NCBI GenBank assembly: GCA_963815675.1
Contig: CAWFHP010000020.1
Span: 143,430 to 207,429 of the forward strand
DNA length: 64,000 bases
Direction: 5' to 3'
DNA from: an uncultured Acidobacteriota bacterium
GTDB lineage: Bacteria > Acidobacteriota > Vicinamibacteria > Marinacidobacterales > SMYC01
Shown: positions 38,560 through 47,041 of the stretch, piece by piece
How the letters are laid out: each line of letters begins with the position of its first letter
How positions within the stretch are numbered: position 1 is the stretch's first letter
The notes under the pieces: model-generated
What the model saw: the letters and a program-made list of their open reading frames with translations, nothing else
What the model was told of the DNA's origin: nothing
The model's database searches: none
Translations under genes and position numbers: made by a program

Positions 38560-39999
38560 GTGAAACTACTGCTGCTGAATCCACCCACCGTTGAAGGCAA
38601 GGGCTTCATCCGCGAAGGGCGATGCACCCAGGAGGGCGGGGTGTGGACGACCCTCTGGCCTCCCATCTCCCTCGCCACCATCGGCGCCGTTCTCGAGCGC
38701 GACGGGCACGACGTCGCGGCCAAAGACGCGTCCGCTACCGGCTATCCCAGAATGAAGCTCCTCGCCGACATCGCGGAAGCGCCTCCCGACGCCGTCATCT
38801 GGTCCACGGGCACGCCGTCGATCGTGGACGATCTCGCGCTCGCAACCGAGATCAAGAGGGTGGCGCCGGCGACGAGAACCGCCGTATTCGGGACGCACGT
38901 GACCGCGCTCGATGAGACTTGCCTCGCCGACACCCCCGCGCTCGACGCCATTTTCCGGAATGAGCCGGAAGCGACGGCGGCGGAGTGGGTTTCGAAGCTT
39001 CGGACTCCCGAGAGGTTCCCGGAGATTCTCGGCTTGAGCTTTCGTGAGCCGCCTGGTGGAAGCGACGGACGTCCGGATGGGACCATCCGACGGAATCCCG
39101 ACCGGCCGTTTCTGACCGACCTCGACGATCTCCCCGCGCCCGCGTGGCACCTCTTCGATCTCGACGCCTATCGGCTGCCGCTCAAGGGCGAGCAGTTTCT
39201 CATGGTGACGCCCCATCGCGGCTGTCCCTATCCCTGCAGCTATTGCACCGCCCAGACGTATTACGGCGCCAAGCTCAGACGCCGCTCGGTCGAGCGCGTC
39301 ATCGACGAGATCCGCCGAAATGTGGAGGTCCACGGTGTCAAGGAGCTGTTCTTCTGGTCGGATACCTTCACCCTCGACAAGCGCTACGTGATGGCCCTCT
39401 GCGAGGCGATGATACCCCTCGGCGTTTCCTGGGCGTCGAACAGCCGTGTCGACACTATCGACGCCGAGCTCGCGAGCGCGATGCGGCGCGCGGGCTGTTG
39501 GATGATTCCGTTCGGAATCGAGAGCGGAAGCCAGGAGCTCCTCGACGCCGTCGGAAAAGGCGCCACCGTCGACGAGGCCGAGCGGGCGGTCGCGGTGGTG
39601 AAGGCTGCCGGCATCAAGGTCGCCGGGCACTTCGTTCTCGGACTTCCCGGTGAGACGAAGGAGAGCCTCGACGAGACGCTCGACCTCGCCGCCCGTCTTC
39701 CCCTCGACTTCGAGCAGTTCTACTGTGCCGTACCGTTTCCCGGCTCGCGGCTCTACGACGAGGCGCGGGAGAAGGGCTGGCTCCACGAGAATGACTTTTC
39801 CCGCTACCGTCAGGACGAGGCGATCCTCGAGCTTCCGGGCTTGACGCCGGACGAGGTGGCCCGCTACCGGCAGGCCGCGTACCGGAGGTTCTACACCCGG
39901 CCGAAAGTGGCGATGAGTGCTCTCGGCCTCCTGTCTCCGAGAAATCTCTGGCGAGCGACATCCGCCTTCAAACGCTTCATCGGCTGGACTCACGCCTGA
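38560..39999 (+). CDS. B12-binding-domain radical SAM protein (class B)
   Basis: This is the real part of ORF 38125..39999, from the GTG at 38560, which is preceded by ggagagg. The N-terminal part is a Rossmann-like B12 domain (KLLLLNPP...LATIGAVLERDGHDV). The radical SAM cluster is GCPYPCSYCTAQ. Confidence 0.8.
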   Translation: MKLLLLNPPTVEGKGFIREGRCTQEGGVWTTLWPPISLATIGAVLERDGHDVAAKDASATGYPRMKLLADIAEAPPDAVIWSTGTPSIVDDLALATEIKRVAPATRTAVFGTHVTALDETCLADTPALDAIFRNEPEATAAEWVSKLRTPERFPEILGLSFREPPGGSDGRPDGTIRRNPDRPFLTDLDDLPAPAWHLFDLDAYRLPLKGEQFLMVTPHRGCPYPCSYCTAQTYYGAKLRRRSVERVIDEIRRNVEVHGVKELFFWSDTFTLDKRYVMALCEAMIPLGVSWASNSRVDTIDAELASAMRRAGCWMIPFGIESGSQELLDAVGKGATVDEAERAVAVVKAAGIKVAGHFVLGLPGETKESLDETLDLAARLPLDFEQFYCAVPFPGSRLYDEAREKGWLHENDFSRYRQDEAILELPGLTPDEVARYRQAAYRRFYTRPKVAMSALGLLSPRNLWRATSAFKRFIGWTHA

Positions 40000-40020
40000 C
40001 GCCTGGCGCGTCCGATTGAG

Positions 40021-41727
40021 ATGATCCTCGGTCTCTGGGATGGTCATGACGCGGGCGCGGCACTCGTCGACGAGTCGGAGAAGCGCATCGTCTGCGCCGT
40101 CAATGAGGAGCGCCTCACCCGGCGCAAGCTCGAAGTGGGATTTCCCTGCCGTTCCATCGAGGTGGCGCTTCGCGAGGCCGGTCTCGCGCCGAGCGCCGTC
40201 ACGGAGATTGCCGTCTCGACGTACGATCCCGCCAAGACGCTGACCCGGTGGTTTCCTTCGCTGAAGGAGAAGTACTACCTCCTTCGGCGCCGGAAGGTGA
40301 GGCCACGCCGCCTGGATTCCATGCGCCGTGCCGTCAAGTACGAGCTCACGACCTGGAGGCCCAACCGGCTCTCGCGGAGCTTGAGCGAGGCCGCGCTTTC
40401 TCGGGAGCTCGGAAAACTGGGCCTCGGGCGCGCCAAGCTCCGTTGGGTGCGGCATCACATGGCGCACGCCGCGACCGCGGCCTTCACATCCGGGTACGAC
40501 TCCGCCCTCGTCGTCACCCTCGACGGAGTGGGGGACGGGCTCTCGGGAACGATCTCGACGCTGGGAAACGGCAAGCTCGAGATTGTCTCCACCCTCGGTG
40601 CGCGGGACTCGTTCGGGATCTTCTACGAGCTCGTCACTCGTCTCCTCAACATGAGGGAGCTCGAGGACGAGGGCAAGGTCATGGCCCTCGCCTCTTACGG
40701 GTACCCGCCGCCGGACGGGCGCAACCCGTTGATGGATTCGTTCGAGGTCGACGGGGTCGGCGTGCGCTGCCGGCTATCGCCCTCGCGTCTCGAAGCGTTT
40801 CTCGCCGCCGAGCTCGCGCTCGTCCCCTCGGAGCAGTTCGCTTTTTTCACCCAGCAAGTCGTCGAGACCAAGGCCGTCGAGCTCGTGCGCAACGCGTTGC
40901 AACGGACGGGATTGAGGCGTGTCGCTTATGCCGGGGGTGTCGCCAGCAACATTCAGGTGAACCGGAAGCTATGGGACCTCCCTGAGTGCGAGGAGATCTT
41001 CGTGTTTCCACACATGGGAGACGGGGGGCTCGCGCTCGGAGCGGCGCTCGCCCGCGCCGCCGAGATCACCGGGGGCGCTCACTTCGCGCTCGGTGACCTC
41101 CGCCTCGGTCCGACGATCGCGGCCGGCGAAGCGGAGTCCGCCCTTCGCGCCTCGGGACTCCCGTTCCAGAAGATCCCCTGCGCCGCGAAGGAAACGGCGC
41201 GCCGCCTCAAAGAAGGGCAAATCGTCTTCTGGTTCCAGGGCCGGATGGAGTTCGGTCCGCGGGCGCTGGGCGGACGGAGCATTCTCGGCCGTCCCGATCG
41301 GGTGGAGCTCCGAGACCGGCTGAACTTGAAGCTCAAGCGACGCGTGTGGTACCAGCCGTTCTGCCCGTCACTGCTCGACGAGGAGGGGGAGCGTTTGCTG
41401 GAAGGCGGCGAGGTTCCGAACCGCTACATGACGATGGCCTACCGGGTTCGTCCCGAGGCGATGGAGTCGCTTCGTGGCGTCGTCGGCCGCGACGGGACGT
41501 GCCGGCCCCAGATGGTCGACGAGAGCTACGGCAACTACCATCGGCTGCTCGTCGAGATGAGAGACGCGATTGGCGTGGGAGCGGTCTTGAACACCAGCTT
41601 CAACCAGCACGGAGAGCCTATAGTGGCCACGCCCGTCGAGGCCATCGATTGTTTCGTGCGCTCGGGAGCCGACGCTCTGACGATGGAGGATTTTCTCGTG
41701 GAGAGACCGGAGGGAGCCGCGCGTTGA
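40021..41727 (+). CDS. carbamoyltransferase (NodU/CmcH family)
   Basis: 568-aa ORF. ILGLWDGHDAGAALV...NEERLTRRK...HHMAHAATA...TLDGVGDG...GGVASN...PHMGDGGLALGAA...RMEFGPRALGGRS...NTSFN. Confidence 0.85.
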   Translation: MILGLWDGHDAGAALVDESEKRIVCAVNEERLTRRKLEVGFPCRSIEVALREAGLAPSAVTEIAVSTYDPAKTLTRWFPSLKEKYYLLRRRKVRPRRLDSMRRAVKYELTTWRPNRLSRSLSEAALSRELGKLGLGRAKLRWVRHHMAHAATAAFTSGYDSALVVTLDGVGDGLSGTISTLGNGKLEIVSTLGARDSFGIFYELVTRLLNMRELEDEGKVMALASYGYPPPDGRNPLMDSFEVDGVGVRCRLSPSRLEAFLAAELALVPSEQFAFFTQQVVETKAVELVRNALQRTGLRRVAYAGGVASNIQVNRKLWDLPECEEIFVFPHMGDGGLALGAALARAAEITGGAHFALGDLRLGPTIAAGEAESALRASGLPFQKIPCAAKETARRLKEGQIVFWFQGRMEFGPRALGGRSILGRPDRVELRDRLNLKLKRRVWYQPFCPSLLDEEGERLLEGGEVPNRYMTMAYRVRPEAMESLRGVVGRDGTCRPQMVDESYGNYHRLLVEMRDAIGVGAVLNTSFNQHGEPIVATPVEAIDCFVRSGADALTMEDFLVERPEGAAR

Positions 41728-43442
41728 GCCGACGAGTTTTCTGGTCATCCTCGATCCTGTTTCTCGCCGCCGGTGGCGCGCTCGCGCTCTGGCTCACAGG
41801 GAAGCATCCGGGAGAGCTCCGGGACACGCTGGAGTGGCTGTCGCCCCGGAGCCTCGATTCCACGTTCCTGCTCCTCGTATCCGGCGCCGTCGCCAGCTTT
41901 TCGGCAATCCGAGGCTCATTTCCCGGCAGGAGCCTTCTGCTTCCGCTCGCCGTCGGCCTCGTTGCTTTCGTGATGGTGGCGACGATCCCGCCCCGCACCC
42001 ACCGGATCTACTACGACGAGGACATCTACGAGAACGTCGCCCAGAACATCCTCTGGGTGGGACGGGCGCAGATGTGCAACGAAGGCATCCTGGAGCAGGG
42101 GACGTTTCGGTGCGACAACTTCGAGTACAACAAAGAGCCGAACGGGTTTCCCTTCCTTCTCTCGCTCGCGTTTCGATTCGGAGGCGTACGGGAGAGCACG
42201 GCCCACGCGATGAACCACGCCGTGTTCGCCCTGGGGGCGGTGGCGGTCTTCTGGATCGCCGCGATGCTCTTCGACGGCGCGTGGGCTGGCGCCGGAGCCG
42301 CCCTCGTCTATGTCTTGATTCCCCAGAATCTGCTCTGGGGGGCGACGGTCGCGGCGGAGCCGGCCGCCGCCTCGTTCGCGGCCCTCGGTCTCGGTGCCTG
42401 GATTCTATTCTGCAGGCAACCCGCGCCCTCGACGGCCGTCTTTGGATCGGCGGGGCTCGCCTTCGCTTGCCAGTTCCGTGCCGAGTCCGGTCTGATTCTC
42501 CTGCCTGCCGCGGTAGTGACGCTCCTGCTCGCGCGGGGGATTTTGAGAACGCGCGAGCTCTGGTGGGCAGCCGTCCTCACGCTCGTGCTCCTGACTCCGC
42601 ACTTCGCTCATATGGCGGCGGTTCGCGGCGAGCGGTGGGGAAGCGGGGACGGCGACAAGTTCTCGCTCTCCGCGGCGAAAGAGAACTGGAGACCCAACGT
42701 CGACTACCTCGCGAAAGGCGAAGACTTCCCGACTCTCTTCACCGCGCTCGCGCTCCTCGGTCTGTTCGACTCGCGGCGTTACCGGGAGGGGGCGACGACG
42801 CTCGTCTGGTTCCTCGCGTTTTTCGGGATCTTCATCCCCTTCTATGCCGGGAGCTACCGGTACGGCGCCGACGTACGGTTCTCTCTGGTGAGCGCGGCGC
42901 CGCTCGCGGTCCTGGCCGGAGCGGGACTCGCGTGGCTCTCGACGAAGCTCCATCGGATGCGGCCTGAGCGCCTGTCCCTGCGCTTCGCTCCCTATGCCGT
43001 CGCGATCTATGCTTTCACGCTCTATTTGCCTCTCACCCGCGCGGTGGGAAGGGAGTCATGGGCCTCTCGTGCAGATCATGCGGCCGCGTTACGGATGGTG
43101 GCAGAAATACCCGAGGACGCAATCGTGCTCACCCACAACCCGGGAATGCTCCAGGTGATGGGAAGAAGCGCGGCACAAGTCTCGATCGCGACCACCGCGC
43201 CGCAGGTGGTGGATACGTACTTCCACCGTTTCGCCGGCGGCGTCTATTTTCATTACAACTTCTGGTGCAACATTCCCGACCCGCTTCAGAACGAGTTCTG
43301 CACCAACGTGTTGGCCCGTTATGGAACCCGGGTGGTCATGGAAGAGAGTGCCGGATTCTACCGCTACGTGCTCTATCGCCTCCTTCCGAAGAGTGCTCCA
43401 CCCGAGCCGCCGACGCCTCCGCTTGCGCGCAGCCAACCCTAG
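41724..43442 (+). CDS. polytopic membrane glycosyltransferase, GT-C fold (GT39/GT83 PMT/ArnT-like)
   Basis: This is the real part of ORF 41346..43442, from the TTG at 41724, which overlaps the preceding stop. It has about 11-12 hydrophobic helices. The first extracytoplasmic loop has an acidic motif (RIYYDEDIYENVAQNI) like the DE/DxD motif of PMT/ArnT enzymes. There is a soluble C-terminal domain. Confidence 0.6.
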   Translation: MSRRVFWSSSILFLAAGGALALWLTGKHPGELRDTLEWLSPRSLDSTFLLLVSGAVASFSAIRGSFPGRSLLLPLAVGLVAFVMVATIPPRTHRIYYDEDIYENVAQNILWVGRAQMCNEGILEQGTFRCDNFEYNKEPNGFPFLLSLAFRFGGVRESTAHAMNHAVFALGAVAVFWIAAMLFDGAWAGAGAALVYVLIPQNLLWGATVAAEPAAASFAALGLGAWILFCRQPAPSTAVFGSAGLAFACQFRAESGLILLPAAVVTLLLARGILRTRELWWAAVLTLVLLTPHFAHMAAVRGERWGSGDGDKFSLSAAKENWRPNVDYLAKGEDFPTLFTALALLGLFDSRRYREGATTLVWFLAFFGIFIPFYAGSYRYGADVRFSLVSAAPLAVLAGAGLAWLSTKLHRMRPERLSLRFAPYAVAIYAFTLYLPLTRAVGRESWASRADHAAALRMVAEIPEDAIVLTHNPGMLQVMGRSAAQVSIATTAPQVVDTYFHRFAGGVYFHYNFWCNIPDPLQNEFCTNVLARYGTRVVMEESAGFYRYVLYRLLPKSAPPEPPTPPLARSQP

Positions 43443-43472
43443 CCCTTTCCAACCCTTGGGTCGTGGGGGTGC

Positions 43473-43500
43473 TTGACAGCGGCGGGTGAATCGCGATAAA
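43473..43500 (+). promoter_or_regulatory. candidate sigma-70-type promoter for the gene at 43626
   Basis: There is an exact TTGACA at 43473-43478, a 16-nt spacer, then GATAAA at 43495-43500. It lies in a 183-nt AT-enriched spacer. No experimental support. Confidence 0.3.
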
Positions 43501-43625
43501 CCCTACGCTACCCCCAGATTTGCAGCGGATCTCGCTGACGCTTGGAGGAGGTTCGCGACGGATTTTTTTCGTCTTTATTGCATGAACCTCGAGAACAAAA
43601 CTCATATCGACAGGGTGGAACGATC

Positions 43626-45326
43626 ATGATGGGGATTCGACGCGCCGCGAAGCTGGGTGTACTGTTTGGGGTCTCGATGTCCTGGTGCAGCTGGGGTTTC
43701 GGGGGAACGGGACAGGGGGCGGCACAAACATCCGACGCGTCCGAGATCGCTCTCGACCCTGCTATCGAATGCTGGTACGACTCGGCGTTTCCGATACTCG
43801 GGGCCCAGCTGACGCCTCCGGAGGAGGTCGTTCACTCGCGGCTCTACTTCCGTTGCAGCCTCTACCCCGATTACTACTTCGTCGACCTGGCGGAAGAGAA
43901 CGGGACGTTTCGCGGCGTGGCGCCCCAGGCGGATTCGCAGTGTCCCCGCGTACATTATTACGTCGAGATGCTCACCCGGGACTTCACCTCGACGCGCACG
44001 GAAGAACGAATCGCCGACGTCACGAGCGCGAGCGAATGCCGGAGGCGTTATCCGGCCGCGGGTTTGTTTCCCGGCGATGATCCCAAGATCTTCCTCGGCT
44101 CGACCATCAACGGCCCCTCGATGGCGCCCGGTTTCAAGAGCATAGGCGTTGCGGGCTTCATCTCCGCCACCGGGGCTACCGTGCCCGCCGCCGAGGGAGG
44201 GATCTCGACGGGTCTCGTCGCCGGCCTCGCGGCCGGTGGTGCTGCCGTCGGGGTCGGAGTCCTGGCATCCGGTGGCGGGAACACGACGACGACGACGGCG
44301 CCGGCGATTCCGTCTCCGCCCCCCCCGACGACGACGATCCCCCCGACGACGTCGGTGCCCGCGGTCCAGTCGGTCAAAGCCTGTTTTCGTTTGGACCCTC
44401 CCGATGGCGTGATCGAGCAGAACGAGGCCTTGCGAATCGACGGCCGCTGCTCCGAAGGGGGCGACGCCCTTCAGTTCCATTACGACCTGGGCGACGGCCG
44501 GATCAAAGAGGGGCAGGCGTTCGTTACCGCCATCTGGCCGACGCCCGGAATCTACACGCTTACCCTCACGGTGAGCCGCGCTTCGAGTTCGCTGCGGTCG
44601 GGCAACGGGCTGGATGAAGACAGTTATTCCGCGGAGATCACCGTGCAGGAGCCACCCCCCCCACCCGAGCCCGTCGTCGCGGATTTCATCGCACGGCCGA
44701 AGGGCGACACCTGCATCGTGAGCTTCGACGCCTCTCCGTCCTCGGGCCCGATTGACCGCTATCAGTGGGCTCTCGACGTCAACAACGACCTGGGAGCCGG
44801 AGTGATCCGGCTCGACGGTCTGTCGGTGAGCTACGACTGGAAGCAAGCTTGCTTCGATGACTCCTTCAACGGCTCGTTCGTCGCCCGACTCGCGGTGTCC
44901 GGCCCCGCGGGCGCGAGCGACAGCATCGAGAAGAAGGTCGTCCTCTTCATCCCCTTCAGGACGAGCGACGCCAAGACGGTGAACGGCCGCGTCGAAGGAG
45001 CGGTCTCGACCGCGATGCTCGATTCGAAACGAGCGCGGGGGCAGGTGCTGCTGGGCGAGGGGCAGAGCTACCCGGTGACGTCGGAGACTCCCGTCCTGCT
45101 TCGCTACTCCGCCAAGAGCGGTCGGAACGAGCTCCAGGCGGTGATGGCGAGCGATACGCCCACTTTATGGAGATTCGACTTCAGCGGTACTCGCGGTTTC
45201 GTCGTGGGAAGCCTTCGCACCCTCGCGGGACAGGAGGTGAGCCGCGACGCGTACTCCGTCGTCCTGCGCTTCGCGGGCCAGCCGGGCGAGCGCGCGCAGA
45301 TCGAGTACCGAATGGAGCCTCAGTAG
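43626..45326 (+). CDS. secreted multidomain protein: unknown N-terminal domain, Gly/Ala-rich hydrophobic stretch, Thr/Pro linker, two PKD/Ig-like domains, C-terminal beta-rich domain
   Basis: ORF 43542..45326; the likely start is the ATG at 43626 (MMGIRRAAKLGVLFGVSMSWCSW signal peptide). The linker is GGGNTTTTTAPAIPSPPPPTTTIPPTTSVP. PKD-like segments: FHYDLGDGRIKEG...GIYTLTLTV and CIVSFDASPSSGPIDRYQWAL. Confidence 0.7.
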   Translation: MMGIRRAAKLGVLFGVSMSWCSWGFGGTGQGAAQTSDASEIALDPAIECWYDSAFPILGAQLTPPEEVVHSRLYFRCSLYPDYYFVDLAEENGTFRGVAPQADSQCPRVHYYVEMLTRDFTSTRTEERIADVTSASECRRRYPAAGLFPGDDPKIFLGSTINGPSMAPGFKSIGVAGFISATGATVPAAEGGISTGLVAGLAAGGAAVGVGVLASGGGNTTTTTAPAIPSPPPPTTTIPPTTSVPAVQSVKACFRLDPPDGVIEQNEALRIDGRCSEGGDALQFHYDLGDGRIKEGQAFVTAIWPTPGIYTLTLTVSRASSSLRSGNGLDEDSYSAEITVQEPPPPPEPVVADFIARPKGDTCIVSFDASPSSGPIDRYQWALDVNNDLGAGVIRLDGLSVSYDWKQACFDDSFNGSFVARLAVSGPAGASDSIEKKVVLFIPFRTSDAKTVNGRVEGAVSTAMLDSKRARGQVLLGEGQSYPVTSETPVLLRYSAKSGRNELQAVMASDTPTLWRFDFSGTRGFVVGSLRTLAGQEVSRDAYSVVLRFAGQPGERAQIEYRMEPQ

Positions 45327-45333
45327 GAATCGA

Positions 45334-45365
45334 ACGCAAAGACGCAACGGGGCAGAAGCGCAAAG
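45334..45365 (+). repeat. tandem NCGCAAAG octamers (4 units), 8 nt downstream of the stop at 45326
   Basis: acgcaaag acgcaacg gggcagaa gcgcaaag. The 13-mer aacgcaaagacgc (45333-45345) recurs as an exact reverse complement at 50765-50777. Confidence 0.8.
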
Positions 45366-45556
45366 AAAGGCATACCGGGAATGTCGCGGCCGAGCACTTC
45401 GGCGCTTCCGGATCGCGAGCCCTCATCCTGCCAGCGGCTCGTGCGCGGCGCTTTGGCGGTCTCCGCGCCTTTACGTCCAATTCCGACCCGTTCCGTCGTT
45501 CTGTCCGCCCGCCAGTGGAGCCGCACCGCCGCGCGCCGGATGCTAAAATAGTCTTC

Positions 45557-47041
45557 ATGGGAGGCTTTGTCGGGAGATTTGTCGCCCTGGCCCTCGTTTT
45601 GCCGGCGGCAACCTCGACGGCGGGGCCCCAGGTAGCGGAGGTCACGCAGGCGAAAGCGGACGTCTCGCCTCGGTCTCCCGTACAGGTCCTGAGTCTCGAG
45701 GAGGCGGTCAAGCTCGCACTCGTCAACAACTTGAACCTGCAGTCCACCGTGGACGTGGTGCAGGGGGCGCAAATCTCCGAGAACCTGGCCGAGTCCCGTT
45801 TCAACGTCAAGGTGACGCCATCCTACGCGAGAGGTATCGGAGAACAGTCGCTCGTCGATCAGCGGCTCGGAGTCGAGGTGTCGAAGCTTCTTCCCACGGG
45901 GACGACGGTTACCGGCGCCCTCCAAACCGACTGGACGGCGAACCAGGCCGGGAATTTCAACAACACCGGGCTGTCGGTGGGCATCACCCAGCCGCTTCTG
46001 CGAGGCTTCGGGCCGAGGACGACGACATTCGACCTTCAGAACGCGCGACGCGGCCTCCAGAGCGCAGACCGGAACCTCGAGCTGTCCCGGGAGCGACTCG
46101 CGGTAGACGTCGTCTCGAGCTACTACAACATCGTTCGCCAGTCGGGGCTCGTCGAGGTCGCGGAGAAATCCGTCGAACGAAGCAAGGAGCTGCTGCGGGC
46201 CTCCAACGCCCGGCTCGAAGTCGGCCTCGCGTCCAAGCTCGACGTGTTCCGGGCCGAGCTCCAGCTCTCCCAGGCCCAGGACTCCGTCATCTTCCGCAAG
46301 GAAGCGCTCGATCTCGCCCTCGATGGGTTCAAATTCAATCTCGGCCTCCCACCGTCGGAGGAAGTCTATCTCGAGATGGTAGAGCCGGAGTACGAGCCCC
46401 AGGTCATCGACGTCGACGCCCTCACCGCGGTTGCGCTGAAAAACCGCATCGAGGTTCAGGAAGAGCGCGATCGCATCCACGATGCGGAACGATCTCTCGC
46501 CGTCTCCAGGCAGAACCTCCTCCCTCAGCTCGATCTCAATCTCCGCTACGAGCAGCGGGGCATCGGTGACTCCTTGTACTCCAGCTTCAACTTCTTCGAC
46601 CACGCTATGAACGTGTACCTCTCGACGAGCTACGCGCTCGACCGCTCCTCGGAGAACGCTTCTTTCGCGCTCTCCCAGATCGACGTCAACGCCCGGCAGC
46701 GGTCGCTCCGTCTCGTCGAGTACAACGTCGCCAACGAAGTCCGCGCGGCGGCCCGAAACGTCGACCGGATCGGAAAAAGCCTCGTTCTCCAGGAGCGCAA
46801 CATCGATTTCGCCGAGAAGCAGCTCCGGCTTGCGAGCCTTCGCTACCAGCGAGGCCTCGCGAGCAACTTCGACATCATCGACGCCGAGAACAACGTGATC
46901 CAGGCGCGGAGCAATTACGTTTCGCTCGTGTCCGACTACCACGTCGCCCAGATGGAGCTGAAGCGGGTGACCGGCACGCTCGACATCGAGAAAGAGTTCG
47001 CTCCGGGTAACTTTCTTCCGAGCGCGAGGCATCACCCATGA
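45557..47041 (+). CDS. TolC-like outer-membrane efflux protein
   Basis: This is the real part of ORF 45167..47041, from the ATG at 45557 (MGGFVGRFVALALVLPAATSTAG signal). It has the two OEP repeats (LSLEEAVKLALVNNLNLQ...; ALTAVALKNRIEVQEERDRI...). Confidence 0.8.
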   Translation: MGGFVGRFVALALVLPAATSTAGPQVAEVTQAKADVSPRSPVQVLSLEEAVKLALVNNLNLQSTVDVVQGAQISENLAESRFNVKVTPSYARGIGEQSLVDQRLGVEVSKLLPTGTTVTGALQTDWTANQAGNFNNTGLSVGITQPLLRGFGPRTTTFDLQNARRGLQSADRNLELSRERLAVDVVSSYYNIVRQSGLVEVAEKSVERSKELLRASNARLEVGLASKLDVFRAELQLSQAQDSVIFRKEALDLALDGFKFNLGLPPSEEVYLEMVEPEYEPQVIDVDALTAVALKNRIEVQEERDRIHDAERSLAVSRQNLLPQLDLNLRYEQRGIGDSLYSSFNFFDHAMNVYLSTSYALDRSSENASFALSQIDVNARQRSLRLVEYNVANEVRAAARNVDRIGKSLVLQERNIDFAEKQLRLASLRYQRGLASNFDIIDAENNVIQARSNYVSLVSDYHVAQMELKRVTGTLDIEKEFAPGNFLPSARHHP

